A stretch of DNA of 32,000 nucleotides. Origin: Kineococcus radiotolerans SRS30216 = ATCC BAA-149 (GTDB lineage: Bacteria > Actinomycetota > Actinomycetes > Actinomycetales > Kineococcaceae). The translations under genes were made by a program, and so were the position numbers. Shown here piece by piece: positions 15,513-22,981 of this stretch. A model generated the notes under the pieces. It ran no database searches and was not told where the DNA came from. It was given only the letters and a program-made list of their open reading frames with translations. Positions within the stretch are counted from its first letter, which is position 1, and the number at the start of each line of letters is the position of its first letter. The stretch lies in NCBI RefSeq assembly GCF_000017305.1, contig NC_009664.2, positions 2,130,001-2,162,000 of the forward strand, read 5' to 3'.

Positions 15513-16957
15513 CGGGGGCGGGCGGGTCGGGGGCGGGCGGTCCCGCGCCGCGCGGACACCCCCAGCACGACCACCGCGACCAGGGCCGCCCACGAGATCC
15601 ACGGCCCGACCTCCCGGCGGTAGCCGAGGGTGAGGGTCTCCACGAGGGGGCTCATGCCGTCCACCAGCCCCGGGACGTAGGCCAGCGCGAGCAGCGTCAG
15701 CCGGGCGGCCAGGGCCCCGGTCAGCGCCGGCGTGGCCGCCGCGAGCGCCAGCGGGCCCCACAGCAGCAGGTCGTACCAGGGCAGCTCGTAGGCCGCCCCC
15801 AGCAGGTAGCCGGCCGCGAGCAGCGTGGTCACCCCCGCGGCCCGGCCCAGGGCGTCCCCGCGCACCAGCGGCCGCCACCACGCGAACGCGACGCCGGCCA
15901 TCACCAGCAGCGTGCCCGGCAGCAGGTACCCGCGCGGCAGGCCCGCCTCGACCAGCGGGCGCCAGATCGTGGCGAGGGAGACGTAGCGGCTCGCCGTCCG
16001 GGTCTGGTCGTAGGCGTGGACCCCCGCCCACAGGTGCGCGGGCACCAGCACCAGCAGCGCCCCCGCGGCCCCGCGCAGCAGCCAGCCGCGGGTGAGGTGC
16101 CCGCCGGCGAGCGCCGCGAGGACGACACCCACCGCCACCGCGCCGTAGGGCAGCTTCGTGCCGACCGCGACGGCGAGCGCCACCCCCGCCCACAGCGGGT
16201 GGCGGCGGGCCAGCAGCAGGGTCCCCAGCGCCGCGACGCCGGCGAGGACGTCGGCGTGGGCGCCGCCGAGCCCGACGGTCAGCAGCAGCGGGTTCGCGCT
16301 CCACAGCAGCTCCGCCCGCGCGCGGCGGTCGGGGTCGCGCACCGCCGCCCGCAGCCCGAGGGCGCCGGCGAGCCAGGCGAGCAGCAGGAGCAGCTGCCAG
16401 CACAGCACCGTGGCGCGCACCGAGTCCCCGCCGCCCAGGGAGGCCGCGGCCATGAGCAGCGCGCCGACGGGCCCGTACACCGACGTCGTCGAGCGCCACG
16501 GGTCCCGCACGGCGGAGGTCACCGGGTCCTGCCCGCCGGCGAAGGTGTCCGGGGGCTGGACGTAGGGGTCCCCGCCCAGCGCGGCGATCCGCCCGTAGGC
16601 GGCGTAGCTGAGGTGGTCGGCGGAGCCGACGGGGGGCAGCAGGGTGAGCAGCACCGCCCCGGCGAGGGCGAGGAGGAGGTAGCGCCGCGGTCGCCAGCCG
16701 CGGGACAGGGCCCGCCACCCCGCCAGCAGGGAGGCCCCCCCGGACAGCAGCGACACCGCGAGCAGGACGCTGACCAGGCCGGAGGAGGGCCGCAGGCCCA
16801 GGTCGGGGGAGCCCGGCCCCAGGGGCGGGACGGCCGCGGAGGGACCGGCCGCCGCGACCGCGGCCCAGCCGAGCAGGCACACCAGCAGGCCGGCGCCGGC
16901 GAGGCGGGCCGGGGGCACCGCGCTCCCCGCCGCGGGCGGCGCGAGGCGTTCAGCCAC
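15497..16957 (-). CDS. Polytopic GT-C membrane glycosyltransferase, GT87/DUF2029-like (polyprenyl-phosphate-sugar-dependent mannosyltransferase family)
   Basis: Track ORF of 486 aa with a GTG start. The protein is hydrophobic throughout, with more than 10 predicted TM segments (e.g. LLVCLLGWAAVAAAG, LLALAGAVLLTLLPPVG, LLLLLAWLAGALGL). An early loop with SADHLSYAAYGRIAALGGDPY resembles the family's conserved periplasmic loop. The start overlaps the upstream GT stop by 8 nt. Confidence 0.8.
   Translation of the reverse strand: MAERLAPPAAGSAVPPARLAGAGLLVCLLGWAAVAAAGPSAAVPPLGPGSPDLGLRPSSGLVSVLLAVSLLSGGASLLAGWRALSRGWRPRRYLLLALAGAVLLTLLPPVGSADHLSYAAYGRIAALGGDPYVQPPDTFAGGQDPVTSAVRDPWRSTTSVYGPVGALLMAAASLGGGDSVRATVLCWQLLLLLAWLAGALGLRAAVRDPDRRARAELLWSANPLLLTVGLGGAHADVLAGVAALGTLLLARRHPLWAGVALAVAVGTKLPYGAVAVGVVLAALAGGHLTRGWLLRGAAGALLVLVPAHLWAGVHAYDQTRTASRYVSLATIWRPLVEAGLPRGYLLPGTLLVMAGVAFAWWRPLVRGDALGRAAGVTTLLAAGYLLGAAYELPWYDLLLWGPLALAAATPALTGALAARLTLLALAYVPGLVDGMSPLVETLTLGYRREVGPWISWAALVAVVVLGVSARRGTARPRPARPRPARP
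15505..15540. repeat. 15-nt tandem repeat (2 exact copies plus a partial third) encoding the C-terminal (ARPRP)n tail of the GT87 protein
   Basis: gggcgggtcgggggc occurs at 15505-15519 and 15520-15534, then gggcgg... continues. On the minus strand it reads ARPRPARPRPARP-stop. The first copy overlaps the palindrome arm. Confidence 0.8.
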
Positions 16958-17702
16958 CGGTGGCGCGGCGGACCGCGTCGGCGAGGCGGCGCCGGCCCAG
17001 GGCCCGGGCCACGTCGCGGTACTGCGCGGCCCGGTGCAGCTGGGCCCGCCAGTCGGTGCCGGTGACCCGGTGGTGCAGGTCGCAGGGCACCTCCCGCACC
17101 CGGAGCCCCGCCCGCAGCAGGTCGATCGTCAGCGCGGTCTCCACGCCCCAGCCCGGCGCCAGCGGCAGCGCCGCCTCGAAGGCGGCGCGGGTCAGGCAGC
17201 GCATCCCCGACAGCGGCTGCTGCGGCGACCAGCCGGCGGCGGCGAGGGTCCCGCGGCGGGCGAGCCCGACGACCAGGCCGCGCCCGCCGCCGGCGGTGGC
17301 CTGGCGGGGCAGCACCGCGATCGTCATGTCGGCCTCGCCGGCCAGCACCGGCGCGGTCAGCGGCGCGGTCTCCACGGCGCTGCCGCCCAGGTCGGCGTCG
17401 ACGAACAGCAGCGGGCGCGGGCGCAGGCCCTCGCGCGGGCGGGCGGCCTCGAACTGGGCGACGGCGCGGGCCCCCGTCGTCATCGCCGCGGCCTTGCCGC
17501 GGTTGCGGGGGTGGGCGACGACGAGGGCGCCGGCGTCGCGGGCGGCCTTGGAGGTCGCGTCGCGCGACCCGTCGTCCACGACCACGACGAGGTCGACGAC
17601 CGGCAGCGAGCGGACGGCGCGCACGGTGGCGGCGATCCGCTCCTGCTCGTCCTTGGCCGGGATCACGACCGCGACGGTCGGGGACGGGCGCAGGGGTGGC
17701 AC
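16950..17702 (-). CDS. GT-A fold glycosyltransferase (family 2-like) with a GpgS-like C-terminal block
   Basis: Track ORF of 250 aa with a GTG start. It reads VAVVIPAKDEQERIAATVRAV...VVVVDDGSRDATSKAARDAGA...LLFVDADL (DxD)...QPLSGMRCLTRAAFEAALPLAPGWGVETALTIDLLRAGLRVREV. The last block aligns by eye with QPLAGEYAGRRRLLEALPFCGGYGVEIAMLIDTLELRGLSAIAQV of the gpgS product in this window. Confidence 0.85.
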   Translation of the reverse strand: MPPLRPSPTVAVVIPAKDEQERIAATVRAVRSLPVVDLVVVVDDGSRDATSKAARDAGALVVAHPRNRGKAAAMTTGARAVAQFEAARPREGLRPRPLLFVDADLGGSAVETAPLTAPVLAGEADMTIAVLPRQATAGGGRGLVVGLARRGTLAAAGWSPQQPLSGMRCLTRAAFEAALPLAPGWGVETALTIDLLRAGLRVREVPCDLHHRVTGTDWRAQLHRAAQYRDVARALGRRRLADAVRRATGG

Positions 17703-17711
17703 GCGGCGACG

Positions 17712-19847
17712 CTAGCGCAGGCGCAGCCCGAGGACCGTGACGTCGTCGTCGACCGCGCCGCCGGTCGCGCCGCCGCTGGCGTCGGGGCCCACCATCCCCC
17801 GCACCAGCGCCTCGACGAACTCCCCCGGGCTGCCGTGGGCCTCGTCCCGGAAGCGGCGCAGCACCTCGTCGAGGCCCTCCTCCAGCGAGCGCGAGCGGGT
17901 CTCCACCAGCCCGTCGGAGAACACCACGAGCGCGCTGCCGGGGGCCAGGCGCACGTCGAGGACGTCGGTGCGGGGGTCGCCCTCCACCCCCACCGGGACC
18001 CCGGGGGGCACGTCGAGGTAGTGCGGGCCCTCGCTGCAGGTCAGCGGGGGGAGGTGCCCGGCGCTGGCCGCCAGCAGCCGGCCGTCGCGGGCGAGGACGC
18101 CGTAGAAGATCGTCACGAGGTCCTCGCCGCCGCTGGAGCGGGCGCAGGCGTCGAGGCCGCGCAGCACGGCCGTGGGGTGGGGGTCGATGAGGGCCAGGGT
18201 CCGGACCTGGGTGCGGACCTCCCCCATGACGGTCGCGGCCCGGGCCCCGCGGCCCATGACGTCGCCGAGGACGACGGCGACGCGGTCCCCGTCGAGCGGG
18301 ATGGTCTCCGCCCAGTCCCCGCCGACCTCCACGCCCGCGCTGGTCGTGGCCGAGCGGTGGGTGTCCAGCCACTCCACCCGCGGCAGCGGCCCGGGCCGCA
18401 GGGCCTCCTGCAGGACGGTGGCGGTGTCGCGCTGGGCCTCCAGCAGCTGCATCCGCTCCAGGGCGGTGGACACCTGGCGGGCGAAGGCGAGCAGGAACTC
18501 CCGCTCCTCCTCGTCGTCGATCCCGGGATCGGTGAAGCCGAGGGTCAGCGACCCCAGCCGGCGCCGGCGGGTCGTCAGCGGCAGCACCGCCCACGCCGTC
18601 TCCCCCGCCTCGCGGGCGGCCTCGAAGAAGCCGCGGAAGACCTCCGGCACGCTCTCGACCCCGTCCGGGCCGACGAGGTAGGTCCCCTCGGGGCCGGCGA
18701 GGACGTCGAGGTCGTCGAGGCCGAGGCCGGGCAGCGCGTGGGTGCGCCGCTCGCGGTCGGTGAGCATGCGGTGGACGCGCAGGCCGGTGCCCTCGCCGTG
18801 GTTCTCGGCCAGGGCGAAGGTGGCGCGCACGGCGCCGGGCCCGTCGAGGCAGACCTGCAGGACGCCGTCGAGCAGCTGCGGGTAGGTGGTGGCGGTGGCC
18901 AGCGCGGAGGCCAGGGCCCGCAGGGTGCGGGTGCGGCGCGCGGCGCGGGCGCGGTCGGTGACGTCGTCGAGGGAGCCGACCCACTCCACGACCTCGGAGC
19001 CGGGGTCGGCGGGGTCGGCGAGGACGGGCACGGCGACGAGGGAGATCGTCCGCCAGCCGCCGGGGGTGGCGAGGCGGAACCGGTGCCGGACCGCGGAGCG
19101 CTGCGCGACCCCGGTGGCGACGGCGTCGAGGACGGCGGGCAGGTCCTCGGGGTGGATGTCGGCCTTCCAGCCGTAGCCGCGCACGTCGGCGCGGCCGGTG
19201 AGGGCGCTCCAGCCGGGCAGGTCGCTGGTGACGCCCTCGCCGGGGCGGGCGGTGAAGACGTCGAGGGACCCGGCCTCGGCCAGGGTGCGGTAGCGCAGCT
19301 CCGAGCGCCGGGCGTCGTGCAGGAGGCGGGCGCGTTCCAGGGCGAGGGCGCACTGCCCGGCGAGGGTGGCGGCGAAGACCTGCTCGTCCTCGTCGAGGGA
19401 CCCCTCGCGGGTGAAGCCGAAGCGCAGGACGCCGAGGAGGCGGCCGCGGGCGCGCAGGGGGTACATCGCCCAGGAGTGCTCGCCCTGGGCGAGGACGCTG
19501 TCGTTGAGCCCGCCCGGTCCCGCGCCGAAGCGGGCGGCGAGCTCGGCCCGGTCGCGCAGCAGCACCGGGCGCAGGGTGCGGGCGGCCTCGGCGCTGGGGG
19601 TGGCCGAGGACAGCGGGACGGGGCGGCCGGTGCCGAGCCCGGTGAGGTCGCCCTCGACGGGGACCTGGGGGACGAGGACGCGGTGCGCCTCGTCGAACAG
19701 CGCCACCCCGCAGGTGCTGGTGCGCAGCACGTCGCGCCCGGTGCGCAGGACCGCGGTGACGACGTCGCGGACCTCGAGCGCGGCGGCGAGCTCGGTGGCG
19801 GTCCGGTGCAGGTGCTCCAGGGCCGGGCCGGTGCTCGGCGAGGTCAC
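17712..19847 (-). CDS. GAF-PAS-GAF sensor fused to a PP2C/SpoIIE-type Ser/Thr phosphatase (RsbU-like)
   Basis: Track ORF of 711 aa. GTG start 19847 is preceded by GGGAGG with a 6-nt spacer. The C-terminal block reads GGDWAETIPLDGDRVAVVLGDVMGRGARAATVMGEVR...IFYGVLARDGRLLAASAGHLPP...VVFSDGLVE...DDDVTVLGLRL, which gives the SpoIIE metal-binding aspartates. The N-terminus has two GAF-like regions flanking a PAS-like segment (GWKADIHPEDLPAVLDAV...HRFRLATPGGWRTI). Confidence 0.9.
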   Translation of the reverse strand: MTSPSTGPALEHLHRTATELAAALEVRDVVTAVLRTGRDVLRTSTCGVALFDEAHRVLVPQVPVEGDLTGLGTGRPVPLSSATPSAEAARTLRPVLLRDRAELAARFGAGPGGLNDSVLAQGEHSWAMYPLRARGRLLGVLRFGFTREGSLDEDEQVFAATLAGQCALALERARLLHDARRSELRYRTLAEAGSLDVFTARPGEGVTSDLPGWSALTGRADVRGYGWKADIHPEDLPAVLDAVATGVAQRSAVRHRFRLATPGGWRTISLVAVPVLADPADPGSEVVEWVGSLDDVTDRARAARRTRTLRALASALATATTYPQLLDGVLQVCLDGPGAVRATFALAENHGEGTGLRVHRMLTDRERRTHALPGLGLDDLDVLAGPEGTYLVGPDGVESVPEVFRGFFEAAREAGETAWAVLPLTTRRRRLGSLTLGFTDPGIDDEEEREFLLAFARQVSTALERMQLLEAQRDTATVLQEALRPGPLPRVEWLDTHRSATTSAGVEVGGDWAETIPLDGDRVAVVLGDVMGRGARAATVMGEVRTQVRTLALIDPHPTAVLRGLDACARSSGGEDLVTIFYGVLARDGRLLAASAGHLPPLTCSEGPHYLDVPPGVPVGVEGDPRTDVLDVRLAPGSALVVFSDGLVETRSRSLEEGLDEVLRRFRDEAHGSPGEFVEALVRGMVGPDASGGATGGAVDDDVTVLGLRLR

Positions 19848-19958
19848 GCGCGGCCTCCCGATCCGGGTCGTCGACCCGGCCCGGTGCGGGGTCGTGGCGA
19901 CCGTACCGGAACCGGCACCGCGCAGTGCCGACTCGATGACCGATCGTCACCGAACGGG

Positions 19959-20408
19959 TCAGTGCGGGTGGTTCCTGGTGGGTCCCCCGAAGGACGCCCA
20001 GACCGTCCGGCTGAGGTTGTCGACGTCCTCGACGACACCCCACTCGTCGGCGAGGCCGTCGACGATGGACAACCCCCGCCCGCCGGTGTCGGAGTCGGTG
20101 GCGGTGCGCTTGGCGACCGCCCGGCCGGGCGAGCCGCCGTCGGTCACGGCGATCTCGACGTGGGGGCGGACCTCCACGGTGATCTCGCACTGGACGTGGA
20201 TGGCCCCGTCGGTCAGCGGGCGGGCGTGCCGCACCGCGTTGCCGACGATCTCCGAGAGGACGATCTCGATCTCGGCGGTGGCCATCTCGTCGAGGCCCGC
20301 GCCGTCGAGGACGGTGCGGACGACGTGTCGTGCCCGGGGGACCGACGCCGCGTCGTGGGCGAAGGTCGCCCAGTGCGTGGCCGGCACGGGTCGTGCTCCC
20401 GTCGGCAT
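19959..20408 (-). CDS. RsbW-like anti-sigma-factor-type Ser kinase (HATPase_c_2 ATP-binding protein)
   Basis: This is the C-terminal 149 aa of track ORF 19959..21110. ATG 20408 is preceded by GAGAGAGGGAACG. It has an N-box, LSEIVGNAVRHA, and a G-box, DTGGRGLSIVDGLADEWGV. The size and motifs are typical of partner-switching kinases. Confidence 0.85.
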   Translation of the reverse strand: MPTGARPVPATHWATFAHDAASVPRARHVVRTVLDGAGLDEMATAEIEIVLSEIVGNAVRHARPLTDGAIHVQCEITVEVRPHVEIAVTDGGSPGRAVAKRTATDSDTGGRGLSIVDGLADEWGVVEDVDNLSRTVWASFGGPTRNHPH

Positions 20409-20655
20409 CGTTCCCTCTCTCGCGGTCCTGCTGACGGACCCGGGGTACCCCCCGCCCGGAGAAGTCAAACCCTCCACCGCCGCCCGGTGCGCCCGCCCGG
20501 GTGGAGACCCGCCGGACTCCTCCCGGCAACGTCCCCGAAACGCGGCGGGCCCGGCGCGGGCCCCGCGTGACGCCCGCGTGAACTTCCCGGCCGGGCCCTG
20601 GGCCCCTCGGCGGCGCCGTGCCACGGTGGGAGCCGCCCACGCCCTGGAGGTCACC

Positions 20656-21603
20656 GTGAAGCTGCCCGTGCAGACCTGGTTCACCCGGTCGACGTCCCGC
20701 GCGCGGGACTGGCCCATCGAGCGCCTGCGCGCCCGCAAGGCCGGGACCCGGGTCAGCGTGGTGCTGCCCGCCCTCGACGAGGAGGCCACGGTGGGCCGCG
20801 TGGTGGCGATGGTCCGCCGCCTGGCCGAGGACACCGGCCTCGTCGACGAGGTCGTCGTCATGGACTCCGGCTCCACCGACGGCACCGCCCGCGCCGCCGC
20901 CGAGGCCGGCGCCACCGTCCACCACCGCGACGAGGTGCTGCCCGAGGTCGGCTCCCGGCCGGGCAAGGGCGAGGTCCTGTGGAAGTCGCTGGCCGTCACC
21001 ACCGGCGACGTCGTGGTCTTCGTCGACGCCGACCTGACCGACCCGCAGCCGCAGCTGGTGACGGGGCTGCTCGGCCCGCTGCTGACCGACCCCGGGGTCG
21101 AGCTGGTCAAGGGCTGCTACGACCGGCCCCTCCAGGGCGCCGGCGCCACCTCCGGGGGGCGGGTCACCGAGCTCGTCGCCCGCCCGCTCATCAGCCGCTT
21201 CTACCCCGACCTCGCCGGGGTGGTCCAGCCCCTGGCCGGGGAGTACGCCGGGCGCCGGCGCCTGCTGGAGGCGCTCCCCTTCTGCGGCGGCTACGGCGTG
21301 GAGATCGCGATGCTCATCGACACCCTGGAGCTGCGCGGGCTGTCCGCGATCGCCCAGGTCGACCTCGGCCGGCGCGGGCACGGCCACCAGGACACCGCGG
21401 CCCTGGGCCGGATGGCGACCCAGATCACCGACGTCGTGCACCGGCGCGCGGGGGCGGGACCGCTCGACGCGCCCACGATCACGCAGTTCGCCCGCGACGG
21501 CTACGGCCGCTACGCGCCGGTCACCCACGTCCTCGACGTCGCCGAGCGCCCCCCGATGATCACGGTCGCGGGGTACGGGCAGCGCGCGGCGAAGGTGTCC
21601 TGA
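20656..21603 (+). CDS. gpgS: Glucosyl-3-phosphoglycerate synthase (GT81)
   Basis: This is the C-terminal 315 aa of track ORF 19366..21603. GTG 20656 follows GGAGG (20646-20650) by 5 nt. VSVVLPALDEEATVG...VVVMDSGSTDGT...LPEVGSRPGKGEVLWKSLA...VVFVDADL...GGRVTELVARPL...QPLAGEYAGRRRLLEALPFCGGYGVEIAMLIDT...IAQVDLG...DRPPM is near-colinear with my recollection of M. tuberculosis GpgS (Rv1208). Confidence 0.9.
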   Translation: MKLPVQTWFTRSTSRARDWPIERLRARKAGTRVSVVLPALDEEATVGRVVAMVRRLAEDTGLVDEVVVMDSGSTDGTARAAAEAGATVHHRDEVLPEVGSRPGKGEVLWKSLAVTTGDVVVFVDADLTDPQPQLVTGLLGPLLTDPGVELVKGCYDRPLQGAGATSGGRVTELVARPLISRFYPDLAGVVQPLAGEYAGRRRLLEALPFCGGYGVEIAMLIDTLELRGLSAIAQVDLGRRGHGHQDTAALGRMATQITDVVHRRAGAGPLDAPTITQFARDGYGRYAPVTHVLDVAERPPMITVAGYGQRAAKVS

Positions 21604-21615
21604 GCCGCGCCGGCT

Positions 21616-21963
21616 TCAGCGGACGAACGGCTCCTGGCCGGTCTCCGACACCATGGCGCGCCCGGCCCCGGCCCAGGCCGACATGCCGCCGTCCACGTTG
21701 ACCACGTCGTGGCCGTTGCGCTGCAGCCACTGCGCGGTGCGCTGGGAGCGCCCCCCGGAGCGGCAGACGACGAGCACCCGCCCCTCGGGCAGCTCCCCGA
21801 GGCGCTGCGGCACCTGGCCCATGGGGATGTGCAGCGCGCCCGGGGCGTGCCCCGCGGCCCACTCCTCGTCCTCGCGGACGTCGAGGACCACCGCGTCGTC
21901 GCTCAGGTCGGTCACGGCGACGGTGGGGACGCCGTCCACGTCGAAGGTCGGGAAGTCCGTCAT
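21616..21963 (-). CDS. Single-domain rhodanese-like sulfurtransferase
   Basis: Track ORF of 115 aa with an ATG start. It reads VVLDVREDEEWAAGHAPGALHIP...VLVVCRSGGRSQRTAQWL...VVNVDGGMSAW, including the active-site loop CRSGGRS. Confidence 0.9.
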   Translation of the reverse strand: MTDFPTFDVDGVPTVAVTDLSDDAVVLDVREDEEWAAGHAPGALHIPMGQVPQRLGELPEGRVLVVCRSGGRSQRTAQWLQRNGHDVVNVDGGMSAWAGAGRAMVSETGQEPFVR

Positions 21964-22012
21964 GCCCCGACCCTACGACGGCCCGCGGTGGCGAGCGGTA
22001 GCGTGGCGCCCC

Positions 22013-22963
22013 GTGCGTGACAGCTTGCGGGAGATCGTCCTCTTCAGCGGATCGGCCCACCCCGAGCTGGCCCGGGCGGTGGCGGGGGAGCTGGGGATCG
22101 AGCTGTCCCCGACCCGCACGAGCCGGTTCTCCAACGACTGCCTCGAGGTGCAGCTGGAGGCCAACTGCCGCCAGCGCGACGTGTACATCGTGCAGCCGCT
22201 GGTCCCCCCGGTGCAGGAGGCGCTCGTGGAGCTGCTGCTCATGGTCGACGCGGCCAAGCACGCCTCCGCCGGGCGCGTGACCGCCGTGGTGCCGCACTAC
22301 GCGTACGCCCGCTCGGACAAGAAGGACACCGGGCGCATCTCCATCGGCGGCCGCCTCGTGGCGGACCTGCTGGAGACCGCCGGCGCCGACCACGTCCTGG
22401 CGGTGACGCTGCACTCCCCGCAGGTGCACGGCTTCTTCCGCGTCCCCGTGGACCACCTGCACGCCCTGCACCAGCTCGCGACGCACTTCGCCGGCGAGGA
22501 CCTCTCCAACGCCGTCGTCGTCTCCCCCGACCTGGGCTACGCGAAGCCCGCGGCCGCGTTCGCCCGGCTGCTCGGCTGCTCGGTCGCCGCCGGCGCCAAG
22601 CAGCGCTTCCCCGACGACCGCGTCGTCATCGCCGACATCATCGGCGAGGTGACCGGCAAGGACGTCATCGTCATCGACGACGAGATCGCCAAGGGCAGCA
22701 CGGTGTTCGAGCTCGTCGCGCGGCTGAAGGAGCTGCGGGTCCGCAGCGTGCGCGTCGTCTGCACCCACGGCATCTTCGCCGGGGACGCCCTGGACCGGCT
22801 CATCAAGCACCCCGACATCGACGAGGTCGTCTGCACCGACACCGTCCCGCTGCGCGGCGGTCCCCGCCCGGGGCTGTCGGTCATCTCCATCGCCCCGGCG
22901 CTGGCGACGGCGATCCGCCACATCCACGAGGGGGAGTCGGTCAGCGCGCTGTTCCAGCACTGA
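22013..22963 (+). CDS. prs: Ribose-phosphate pyrophosphokinase (PRPP synthetase) family protein
   Basis: This is the C-terminal 316 aa of track ORF 21653..22963. The start is GTG 22013 or TTG 22025. It reads EIVLFSGSAHPELARAVAGELGIELSP...FSNDCLEVQLEANCRQRDVYIVQ...LLLMVDAAKHASAGRVTAVVPHYAYARSDKK...TLHSPQVHGFF...VIVIDDEIAKGSTV. The upstream part of the track ORF is antisense to the rhodanese gene. Confidence 0.88.
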   Translation: MRDSLREIVLFSGSAHPELARAVAGELGIELSPTRTSRFSNDCLEVQLEANCRQRDVYIVQPLVPPVQEALVELLLMVDAAKHASAGRVTAVVPHYAYARSDKKDTGRISIGGRLVADLLETAGADHVLAVTLHSPQVHGFFRVPVDHLHALHQLATHFAGEDLSNAVVVSPDLGYAKPAAAFARLLGCSVAAGAKQRFPDDRVVIADIIGEVTGKDVIVIDDEIAKGSTVFELVARLKELRVRSVRVVCTHGIFAGDALDRLIKHPDIDEVVCTDTVPLRGGPRPGLSVISIAPALATAIRHIHEGESVSALFQH

Positions 22964-22981
22964 ACCCCGCCGCGGGGTTCA
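22961..22981. terminator. 21-nt palindrome whose two ends are the stop codons of the convergent prs and helD-like genes
   Basis: TGAaccccgc-c-gcggggTTCA. The 10-nt arms are exact reverse complements. The plus-strand stop is at 22961-22963 and the minus-strand stop at 22979-22981. Confidence 0.5.

Noticed and set aside
15505-15540. Possible CRISPR or other spaced repeat array
   Set aside because: These are only 2.5 contiguous 15-nt units with no spacers, and they lie inside coding sequence. Nothing elsewhere in the window has repeat-spacer periodicity, and there are no cas genes.
16519-21528. The 1669-aa minus-strand ORF and the 1178-aa plus-strand ORF (17034..20570) spanning the GT/PP2C/gpgS region
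   Set aside because: The reason is the same: RPGA-rich nonsense overlapping five well-supported genes in other frames. No conserved domain is recognisable.
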